Shown here one piece after another: positions 15,276-27,246 of a DNA stretch of 64,000 nucleotides (its first letter is position 1; the number at the start of each line of letters is the position of its first letter). A model generated the notes under the pieces. The model saw only the letters and a list, made by a program, of their open reading frames with translations, made no database searches and had not been told where the DNA came from. A program made the position numbers and the translations under genes. This DNA is from Trichoplax adhaerens (Eukaryota > Animalia > Placozoa): positions 4,448,336-4,512,335 of the forward strand of contig NW_002060948.1 of assembly GCF_000150275.1 (NCBI RefSeq), written 5' to 3'.

Positions 15276-18200
15276 AAGACGAATAACACGATCTACTGTA
15301 CAACTTGGTATCACATTCGTTCTGTATACTTAAATACAATTGAACATAAAGCTTTAGTTTAATGTCCAGTAACGTCTTAATTTCAAGAAATACCCGTCTG
15401 AATACGTTGATGTAATTGAGACATTCGCTTTTATCGACGTGGTATGTCTTAAAATCAGTAGGATTGGAAACTTGTATTTATCAATAGCTAAGAATTAGAC
15501 AGTAAGAATAACTGATATTAACATTGGTGTGTTATACCGTATCTAGTTTTGCTTGACTAATTCTACTGCTATTTTGATATACAATCAACTACAGTGTTAG
15601 AGTGTATCAGTGTTACTGTCTTTACTTTCGTTGTTGTGACTCAAATCAAACTACAAATTGTACTATTTCTTCATAATCACTCGTATATTGACAGTAACCA
15701 ATCTGAAATTGTACAAGTATGTAATGATCCTTGCTCTTAATTACGGCTTATCGCAATATCACGTGCAGCATTGCTGATTTGATTGCCGTACAATTCCGAT
15801 ACTCCTCTAATGAATGAATATAGTCGTAAAGCATGGTATACCTACTGCATAATTATCGCTTACTAAAATACGCAACAGCAGAAGTGATTCTGTATCTGTT
15901 ACATTGATCAGATATCCCTTATTAAAATAATATATTAGAGAAGTACGATGCATTCATTTACAGATTATGTTGTATGTATTGGATACAGTATCTATGGCTG
16001 TAAAATAAACCCAAGTTTTATCGACATTTAAAATAACTAAACTGTTGTATGTTTTTGGATTTACTTGACTTTTACTTATAGCTTGGGCAGCACTAGATTC
16101 TTCAAGGTGGCTAAAGCAAGATATAAGTAAGTGGGCTACATTCCTGCATCCCTCTTTAAACGGCTAACGTTATGACTGTATACAAGTGTAGAATACTGCA
16201 CATAGATAGCTTATTTGTATAGCTTGACTCAGAAGATGATCCATAGGATAATTTTAAACATAAACCATTAGTATATTTCGTTATTATAATATCGCTATGT
16301 GTAACGTTAAATATACATGTAATACCAAGTTCGATTTTTTTAATTTGATTTCAATCTAGTTTTTGTCACTAACTATATTAGAGCTAGTATTACTTGAGTA
16401 GAGTATGATGTTATGCCAATGTAAGACTGTTTCCAAGATACCTAATTACTTAAGTTAGGCTTGTTATTCCATGTGGAAAGTTAATGATAATCTTTGACAA
16501 TGAAGCTAATTCCCCGAAAGATAATTAGAGCTATGTTAAATATTGATAAAATTTATTCGCCTCGATGACATATCGAGATATCTTGGAAATTAACTGATAC
16601 TGAGCTAGGTATGTATGATTTTATTATTGCGACTATATATCAGTAATAGCTCTTTTCATTTTATAAACAAAGGGGTGGCCTCACGGTAGTAAAAGTCTTT
16701 GCTTTACCGGATGCTCAACTACCCATGAAGTTTTTTCAAGATAAAGTGCACGGTATGAATGAGTAATATCACTTGATGCTATATTTCAAATTAGACCAGT
16801 CGTGAAGCAACTTTCTCATATCGTATGATAGAATAAGTATTAAAACTGTTTCGTGATCTAATCTGACTGCTATTATGCAAGATGATAAATACATTTTGCA
16901 TTAAGTAATAATATATTTACTATGGAAACTACCTTATAGAAACTCGAGGAAAATTAAATGGTTGTGCTAGTCTCTTGCCGTTCCAACGAACTATGGTAAA
17001 TTGAAAAATTTGTTTACTTATAATTGTAGAATATCTGTTTCCGATTTCGTATGATAATATTATGGTTCACATTAGACCTGGATTTTATTTATAATCTTTT
17101 TTTAGATATCAGACAGAGCTGCATTCCTGATCAGGCAATATATGAAATATACGCTTTACGATAGAATAAGGTATACCAAAATGCGAAATTTTAAATAGTA
17201 AAGTTTCTTAATTTACTTATTCGCACCCTTATCGTTATCTCAGTACCAGGCCATTCTTAAGCGATATTGAAAAGAAATGGATAGCTTTTCAACTGTTAAC
17301 AGCAGTTAAACAAATGCACAGCAGGAATGTAAGCCAATTTATGTTCAATTACCCTATAACTCATATTTTGTTAAATACAGTTTTAAATAGGTGTTGTTAT
17401 CATCCATTCAGATAACTTTAATTTTAAAATCTTACCACTCAGATTCAGCATGGTGACATCAAAACTGAAAATGTTATGGTTACTAGTTGGAATTGGTACT
17501 AACGCAAAATAAAACCTTCATTATTATTACTAGTTGTCTGCAAAGTAAGTACTTAGGTATACAAGCTTAACAATCTTGGTTTACTTGTTGTAGGGTTATG
17601 CTAACTGATTTTGCCTGTTATAAGCCAGTATATCTCCCCGAGGTAAGCTACTAGTAAATAGTAAATTTACTTTATATCCATTATTTATATCGACATTTTA
17701 AAGTCTTACACACTTTTTCTGCCTCTTAGGATAATCCTGCAGACTTTTCATACTTTTTCGATACTTCAAGAAGAAGAAGTTGCTACATCGCATGTGAAAG
17801 ATTTCTGGACAGCACTTTATTTGCTAGATTAGCAGAAAATTCACAATCTGCTGGTACGGAAGCTGCCAGCAAGGCAAACACAGTGACGGAGACCATGGAT
17901 TATAATAAACTAACAGCTGCTATGGACATCTTTTCCGTTGGGTAAGTAAATTTATAATTCAACGGTTATAAAATTTTTTTAAAGAAATTTATACATCATA
18001 TTTTATATATCATAACATTAACTCCAACAGAAGAAATTATAACTAATTGTATGGCAATTTCTTTCAATAGCTGTGTTTTAGCTGAATTGTTCACGGAAGG
18101 TCATCAGTTATTCGATCTATCTCAATTACTAGCATACAGGCAGGGTGAATGTTTACCAGAAGATGTCTTATCCAAAATAGACGATAGATCGATTCAGGTA

Positions 18201-21200
18201 TAATATTGTTACATAAAGACGGTTAGACACTGATACGCGTATACCACCTTTATATTTTATTGTTATGATGACGATATGTTGGTATACATAATGAGATAAT
18301 ATACTACATTTATAAATTAATATTTCAGGAACTGATATTACATATGATCCAGAAAGATCCCATGAAGCGTTACTCTGCTGAGGAGTATCTAAATAAATGG
18401 AGAGGTCTATCATCAGTTCAATTATAATTATCAATAAAACTGAGAAAATTTGCTATTGGAACAAGGTTTAACATGCTAAAAATGTTTTTTAGGTCATTCC
18501 TTTCCGGATGTATTTTATGATTTTCTGTATTATTATATGGAATCCTATGGGCAAAGACCTTTCCTAACTTCCGACGAAAAAATTGCAAAGTATGTTCTCG
18601 CTTGTATGTATCATGTACTTGCAAACAATATGGTAAAAATATTATTATACGATGTTACCTATAGGCTTAAGGAGGATATGAATCGCATAATTAAAGAGCT
18701 AACTTCCACGGATAATTATATTAATGGTTTGTCCGATCGTTGCTATGACGTAACATAATTAATATATGTACTCTGATCCAGATCCAGTAACGATATTATG
18801 ACATTTCATTCCCGACAGAATTTTTAGTACTCATTCTTCCTCTACTAACATCCTGTATCCGAGATTTGCAGGTAATATACTGCTGCTAGAAGTATATTGT
18901 AAGGATTCGATTGAAAATCTAAATGCTACTATGATTTATGACTCTCTGTTAGTATTTAAATTCAAAACTGAATGCTATCGAAATGATTCAACTCCTGGCC
19001 CAATATGTATCTGATGAAGTAGTACTGGATCGGCTAGTTCCATATCTGGTAGCGTAATTCATGCTGTAACATTAACCTTGAATTGTAGAATAAATAATAA
19101 TTTTAAGTAACATAGAATATAATGATCTTTACTTTCAGGTGGAGTTGCTTACCGATTCACAGCCACGAGCTAAAGCCGCCGCTATTAGAACTCTTACTAA
19201 ATGCTTAAGCAATGTTAAATATGTCCCTAAAAGGTAATTTTTAATAATTCGTTAGACTAAAGATTTATATTAATCTAAATTCAAATTCTATCTTTGATAT
19301 TATTTTTAGTGATGTTAATATTTTCTTGGAATATATTTTACACAGCCTGGTAAGTGTTCCGATATTGATCTGTAAATCGTCTACCATACATGTATAAATG
19401 AAATTTACCTTGTAGGCTACGAACGACAAAGATGTATTTGTAAGAGTTGCTTACGCAGAAAATATCGCCAAATTAGCGGAAACTGCTCTCAGGTAGTGGT
19501 GATTGAATTGCCCAAAAGTTTATGGGGCACTCACTAACTTTACATTGATTTTATTCTTCACTTCTAGATTCCTAGAAGTTTCTCATATGAAGCAGTATTC
19601 TGACGAAAGCATCTTTGTGAAAGACTCTACCTTAAACTTTCAGGTTGATATAGTTACAGCAGTAAATGCTTATGTGATAAAATTTCTTGCAAATACGCTA
19701 TGTTGTAAGTAGGCTAAGTTGGATAAAATCTATTTGATTTTATTAGACAAGCTACGATATCGAGTTGCAAGCACTTCAGGACTTAATCCAAAAGAAAACG
19801 GTTCTGTTGTTAAGTGACACTGTAAGAGAAGCATGCTTAGCTAGATGTCCATACGGTTCTATATATAGTTAAAATAATACGCAAGCGAATTAACGTTAGT
19901 TTCATCGGTTAATATTGTCTACGATAGGAAAATGTTGTCAAAAGAGCAATTCTCGAAAATGGCATTTCAAAATTGTGTTTATTTTTCGGAAGACAGAAAG
20001 GTCTATAAGCTCACTCTATTAAACGGCCGATTTCTGTATTAACCTAAATTGACTACATATAATTACTTGCTTTTCTCTTTATCAGCAAGCGATGTTTTAT
20101 TGTCCCATATGATAACGTTTCTGAACGACAAGGTAATGTTCATTTGCAAAGCACCGTTGTATTTTTAAATTAATCAATTATAATTTCCTATTAGTCGGAT
20201 TGGCAGATGCGAGGAACATTTTACGATAGCATAATTGGTGTCGCGGGGTATGTAGGCTGGCAAAGTCTTTCCATGCTAAGACCATTACTCCAACAGGTAT
20301 TGTCATGATTGCTATCGATGTACTAACATATGGCTAAATGTAACGCTGCACTATATAACGGGGTTCCAATTGTAGGGGCTTAGTGATCCTGAGGAATTCG
20401 TGATATGCAAGGCACTTGAAGCATTGACAGATGTAGTCAATTTAAGTAGGGATTAACACATGATTTAAAAGATAAATTTTATTGTCGCTAGTTGTCTCAT
20501 GCTATTTTGTTCATGATCGGTTACAGGGCTACTTGATGGTAATGTAGTAGATGATGTAACCAAAGAAGTAATTCCTTTTCTGTATCATCCTGTAAGTGTG
20601 AATGAAGATACCGAATTAATTAACTACATGCCGTTTTATCAACTGCACAATGCTTTTTATATAATTCATTGCTAAATCGTAACGAATTTCTTAATTAAAC
20701 ATTGTACATGTAGAATAATTGGATTCGCCACCGCGTGGTCGGTTATATTTTGGCACTAGCGAAAATTTATAGCTTATCTGACTTGCATTGTAAACTCATA
20801 CCACTTTTGCAACCTTATCTTAAAAGCCCAATTATTCAAATAGATGATGAGGCAAGCATTCTGGCAGAAACAGCTGTTATGCTTTTCGGATGTAATATAA
20901 GCAAGCTCCTTTTGTGTGCCCTTATTAGGTCATTTTGTTAAGTCTACTTAAAGCACCGCTGAATAGACCTGTTTATGATTATGTTATTAAATTGGCTACC
21001 ATTAATTCTATTATTGAAAGGTATATATTATGACAGCCATTAATGCTATACAATTACGATTCTTGTACGAATGGGGTGGTAATACTACTAAATGTGCCTT
21101 AACTTTACAGTTTAGAAAAGCGGAAAGGAGATCCTAATCGAATTGCAAATTATGATGGAGATACGATGCAATCTGTAAATTAATCATAAATGGAGTAGTT

Positions 21201-24200
21201 AATTATGCCAACGTTGTAAAAGATCTTTTATCTGTCTAATGCTTTAGATGTTTCGAAAGCTTGTATCTTTAGGCTTTAAGGTGGAAGATGAAGAAAAATT
21301 ATTGGTAAGCCATTTTCTATTAGATTGTTGTTATTAAGGGCGCTCCAATTTATGGATTACTCTTTGATTGTTTAACAGAACAAAAGTTAAATATTTTCCA
21401 CTTTATTTTTAGTGTATGAAGGAAATCTTGCTACGAATCCATCATGCAAAATCGAGGTAGGTATAGATATCTACCTCTTGTTATTTAAGTAAGATAACGT
21501 TCATATTTGCTGTTGAATAGCATGGATACCTCACATACCAGTGAATATGGATCACCAGAACATCTAGAATTAATCGCTTTAACTAAAACGAAATCTCGCT
21601 CTTTAAATTTGTCACCGGCTGTGGAAATTTCGAATGAGGATTCAAAGTAATGATATACTTCTTTATCCCTATGTATATTATATGTTTATATTACGTCTTT
21701 AATATTTGTAATCTTTCGTACAAGGAAGAGCAGTCGTCGCAAGTCGTCAGCAGATGTTGGAAATTCTAATACTATGGTATAATTTCTATTAGTGATATCG
21801 CTATGAGCGTGTACGTATTCACACTGATGATGGTTAAAATAAAATTAATTATTACAGAATGCTGAATGGAAGCATATGTTTGGATCTACTCAGAAGATTG
21901 ATCATCTACCTTCTAAAAAGAATTCCAGTAAATCGCTATTGAGTAATTTACCAAGTGAACAGATTAAATCTTCCTCCGATAGAAAAGGCAGTATTAGTGA
22001 AAAGCAATCCCAACTGGTTAACAGCATAATCATTGCTTTTTTACTTTATAAAGCTATAATTTAACTTCTAATCAGTTCTTCTTAATAAATTAGCGTTCTG
22101 CGAAGAATTCTACCTCGTCTTTAGCTGCGTAAGTCGATATTTAGAATATTTTCTTATACTGAGAGTAGCACTTGCCTCACTATTCTTTACTATGCAGCGA
22201 CCGCGGATTGCAAAAGTATGGATCAAAAAAAGGTTATAATCTGTATAGCCCTAAAGTAGCATTAGATACTAGAGCAACTAGTTGTTTCGAAAATTGATTG
22301 TACGGAAACCTCTGATATGTTGTTAAATTACATGGAAAAATTAGGTATAAATACTTGCAAAGCCGAAGTTTCTCAACTTTTTATGAAAAAAATTGAAAGA
22401 CACGCTCTTGGTAGGAAATATTATGGCTTTATTGGCGTTTTGAACCTCTTAGTAATGTTATATTGTCTATACTGTTATAGGACTAAAAGCTAAACAAGTT
22501 GGAATCGTAGATTGGGAGAAAGTACCAACTCCAGCGGGGTAACATTCTACTATGATATGTGGCTGCCCTATTTTGTACAATTTTTTACTGATACCGGTGG
22601 ATCATTTATGCTTATTTGCTACGTCTTGTGTCTTGACTACAGATGGAAGCCAAAGGGAGAGTTGATAGCCCATATCCGAGAACATCGCGGAGCTATTACA
22701 AAGTATTATAGTTGATATTGTCTATTTTTATTTGGTTGTTATGTAAGCTAAAGTATCGATTTCATGTTGCAGAATTGCAACATCGGAAGATTCTAAATTG
22801 TTTGCGTCTGGTTCGAGCGACGGCACCGTAAAGCTATGGGAAGCAAAACGGATGGAGGGTCGGACTACTATGTTAAAAGCTAATGTAACGTATGCTTTTC
22901 AAGGTAAGAAGATATTGAAAGCCCTAAGCTGAACTCTAACGCAATCGTATTGATGCTATTGTTAGTAAATAATCATTAACATGATTCATGCTCACAGGTT
23001 CGCGTGTTACTAGTGTGGAATTTTGCCAGCAATCGTCAGCGCTGGCGTGTGCAACTGATAATGGAGTGCTTAGGATTGTTAGGTATTATTTTCTAGAGAT
23101 AATCTTTGTAAGTCTAATGCCCACTTAAGTCTTCTAAAGATATTCTTCTACGATAGACTTGGAGAAGGCTCAACACAACCAACTGTAACGAATACCATTA
23201 CACTGGATCCTAAAGAGGGTTCCATCATAGACTTGCAATATTTCGATTCGGGTAATTGCAACGACTAGTAAATGTATCTAAAACATTCATCATAAATTAA
23301 GCACATATACCACCGTAATGGCATAGTATTATTAGGCAAGAAGTACAGTAATATTAATAAATTTTGCCTTCATTTTAAAATTAAAATAGGTTCTCAAGCT
23401 GTCCTTTCCTACGTTACTACCCACGGCTGCATTTGTGGTTGGGACTCGAGAATGCCTCATCGAATGGCATGGAAGCTACAGAATGATCTTAAAAATGGTG
23501 CCTATTTTTCATGCTTAAGACGTTAAGAAAGCATAAATAACTTACTTGATCCGTAATTTTTATCATTTCATTATGTTTATAATTAGGATTGTCGACTGCG
23601 TATACTATTGACAGGCTCCAATGCTGGCTAGCGGTTGGATCTAGTACTGGTGCTCATGTTTGTTGGGATTTAAGATTTCAAATACCCATCGCTACTATAA
23701 AGCACCCATCAGGCACGAAATTATTTTATGGCCTTTCAAAACTCGATAATTAATTTTAAATATTATAATATCATTCTTTGTGTTGCAGGTGCGTGTGTGA
23801 AATGTTTAACTCCGAATCCTAAGGAGCAGTCATGGGTAGTATCTTCGATGCAGGGAAATAACGAAGTTTCCATGTGGGATGTCGAAACAGGTGCCAGAAG
23901 AAAGATGCTGTGGGCTAGTTCCGCTCCTCCGATGTCAACTACGCAGGTATTATCTCAGATTCGGAAATATGTATGAGATATGCTATGATAGAAAGTATGT
24001 TTTCTAAATGGTTGAACACTTTACAGAGTTCACCTGAAAGCGTATTAGCTGTATACCCTGGACCTCCTGATGACCGCTTTATTTTAACCGCTGGTACTGA
24101 TCGCCGAATTAGATATTGGGATACTGAAAGTTGTGGATCATCCTATGTTGTGGTTGGCTCAGCAACAGAAACAACTGATTCATCAGAGTTTCAATATCGG

Positions 24201-24532
24201 TTGGTAGTACCTTTCTAACATTACTATGTTGCTGTATCCTTATGTTATTATGTGGACCGACTATATACTTGTAAATGCAAGCATAAAACTGCATCTGTAA
24301 TTATTTATTATCTGTATTTATAAATAGAAGCCGTGCAATCGATGGTACTGAAGTAATTATCGAAAAGGAGATTAAGCGAAAAGAAAACACTCAAGAAGAT
24401 GCGCCACGCCGCGGTCCGGAGGCCCCATTTATTGGGCATCACGATACTATCAATCAACTGACCGTAGTGAAAGGTCTTCAAGGACTAATGATTAGTGGGG
24501 CTCAAGATGGCGTAATCAAAGTTTGGGTGTAA
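14848..24532 (+). CDS. PIK3R4: Phosphoinositide 3-kinase regulatory subunit 4 (VPS15/p150): kinase-like, HEAT and WD40 domains, about 45 exons
   Basis: Starts [14 protein letters not shown] (myristoylation Gly), then [99 protein letters not shown], ending [10 protein letters not shown] (TAA 24530-24532). Confidence 0.96.
15238..15263. repeat. (AT)n microsatellite in the first coding intron of PIK3R4
   Basis: About 13 TA units, directly visible. Confidence 0.9.
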
Positions 24533-25332
24533 AATATCTTGCTTATAAGTATTGATAATATTGTGAGAGCTAGTGGCAAAATTTATAACAAAGAAAGCTT
24601 TCCTTATATTAATAACCTCAAAGTAAAGTAATAATAGTAAAAAAACCTAATGAAGAATTTTCCTATATTTCTTGTACAGTGTGCATGACCGTCAATCAGC
24701 TGTTATAAGTTATATAGTATTTCAGCACGATAGCATACTAAGCAGTAGAGTGCAGGAATTGGGTATTTCTGCTCAATTTTAATAAGATGGATTGGCCTTG
24801 GTCATGAACTGATTGTGATTGATATTGTCTTAACATATTTTGGATTTGTAGCATAAAGTCTACTATTGTTTTATACTTCCCACATAAATTATGTCGAAAT
24901 GATACTCCAATGCAGAAATCTTCCTTCAGCTGAGTTCAGCATGTGCTAGAATTAAATCAGTTAGTTATCGAATCTGCTATATCTTTCGGAAGCGAATTAG
25001 AAACAGTTTTATTATTTATATTGAAAAATACTATAATTATAACTGTAACTGCTTGCTTTTAGCGTAACGATTTTCATGATAAAACTTCAAGAATGAAAAT
25101 AAAGGTTTATATGATTCTCTATCAGCACAATCGCATCATTTACGACGTGTGATTCGTAGTTTAATGTAATCAAGTCGAATTGAATCTATTTTATGTCAGA
25201 GAATGTTCAAATTTCGACTCCATTATATCTGTATTTGACTTTTAGTACATGCATGAACATACTTTTTCGTAATTCAAGGTGGTAAATGCCATCAAAAGGA
25301 GTCGACTACTTTATAGACCAGCGATCATAGAA

Positions 25333-27246
25333 TCACTTTTTATCGTGTAAGCAAGTTAGATCGAATTGATTCTGTTTTAGTAAATGAACTGTATTCGCTT
25401 GATCGTTAGTAAGATTACCCCTATCCGGAATTATAGATGCGTTAAGGAAAATATTATCCTGGTTTCCTGTCGCATGGTCTTGCGTAACCCTTGGATTATA
25501 TCTGGTAATAATTTGCAAAACGTTATCATATGAATCTCCGTCAAATTTCTGTAAGATAGATGATTGTAAACCATTACTTAGCAAACTGCTAGTGCTAGTT
25601 AAAAGTGAGTTAGGTGATAAAGATGCTTTCTATACTCACTTCAGCAATATACTTCCGGTCTTTTACTTTAAATCTAAAATTGATAGCCCTCCCTCCACTT
25701 TTGGATAGATTGTGATATCTTTGCACAGACAACACAATAGTTTGATTTTGAGATTCACTCAGCCTAAAAATAAAGGTTCCAGGAATATTTCTTTCCGTAA
25801 AGTAATTCAACGTGGTTTTCCTATAATTCCAAAAAATAGCTTCATTATGATAGGCAAATAATTATAACTGGAATAACTCTTATAAAATTTATACATATAA
25901 AGTACGGTTAGAAGGTTTGATTGATTAGAAAAATATTGATACCAGCTGCAATGGCTATCTGAATTAGTGTCTTAGAACATTGTCACAACAATTTAAAGCA
26001 AATTGCTAAATGTTACTCTAAATTACAAGTATGTAAAACTAACCACGACCAATTCGGTTGAACCCATGGCAATGTTAAATCAAACTTAAAAAATACCCTG
26101 AAAATAAATTGGCTTTAGTAATCGTAATTTGATTTCATGAATCAAAATAATTTCTCATCCAATATGAGGTATCTTACGCGCTACTTGACGTATCAGTTTC
26201 GGCCAAGGAATCAACCGAAGGATTTAACAATCCTGCTACTGCTTTTACCTAAGTTAAGAAAACAGGATAATATCAAAATATAATCCTGCAGGTAGGAAAG
26301 CTACTTCACCATGATAAATTGACGTATGAGTATCTACATAAAAATAATAAATCCAACAGCCACACTCACAATTATGAGCATGTGAAGAGATTATCTAATC
26401 TATCATTCAACAACATACTGAATAAGAATGATACCTTGCTAGTTATTATTATTAAATTTTACCATGCTTACCGGTGGAGAGTATTTGTTTCGTGACATAT
26501 TCAGCAGTTTGGGATGTAAATAATCTTCTTCCTTATCTAGTGAAGCATAATGTATCCTATAATCTCTTTCTTCCAACAGCGGTAACGATAAACACATCAT
26601 AGGCTGTAATGGCTATGAAAAAAATCTATGCCTTAGCTAAATTACCTATTGCGTACATTATTATTGAAGAAGAACTTTACGTTTTGTCATTCGAATGAAA
26701 TTTAATCAGACTTGGCAATATTAATCTATGATTGAATTATAGTAATAAAGTAACTTTCTGCGATGTAATAACAAAAGTTAAGCACACCAGATCATATTTA
26801 ATTCATAAATTCTATAATTTAAAGGTACTTGATCTCATCACATGATAATGATTCATAAGACTTAATACATTTAATTCAAGATTTTATCATTGCTACGAAA
26901 TTTCAATTCATTTTACCACGTTAAAAGATTGAGCCAGTGCTATCTGGAATAACAGTATCTAAAATTGAAGATATTAAAAAAATCGAAATATCAATATTAC
27001 ACTTCCTTATCATATGTATACGGTAATCATATATCATTAGCTTGATACAAACGTAATAAAAATAAAATTAAAAAGCGGTTTCATTGGAATAACATAGTTT
27101 CTTACATTTATACTTTTATCAGTATGGACGGCTGCAATTTTGTGCGATTTAGCAGACTCATCAAAGAAACGGAGGTATATCGTATTGCAAACGACATAAG
27201 TGGTGAAGCGTTGGTTGGGAATTTGAAGCAATACCTCAATGCGTAC
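25333..27246 (-). CDS. Uncharacterised SH2-domain protein, multi-exon; 5' end unresolved (possibly up to ATG 28474)
   Basis: Phase-consistent GT-AG exons: one ending at 26472, then 26248-26178, 26097-26044, 25820-25640 and 25548-25333, giving ...LPWVQPNWSWKTTLNYFTERNIPGTFIFRLSESQNQTIVLSVQ...AINFRFKVKDRKY...SYDNVLQIITRY... GTFIFRLSES is the SH2 FLVRES signature. Exon 27246-27106 is a clean open 47-codon exon, but the small exons linking it to the rest are less certain. Confidence 0.7.

Noticed and set aside
27188-27214. SOCS-box-like peptide PTLHHLCRL on the minus strand
   Set aside because: It is in an alternative frame that stops shortly after, lies 5' of the SH2 rather than 3', and lacks proper Cul5-box spacing.
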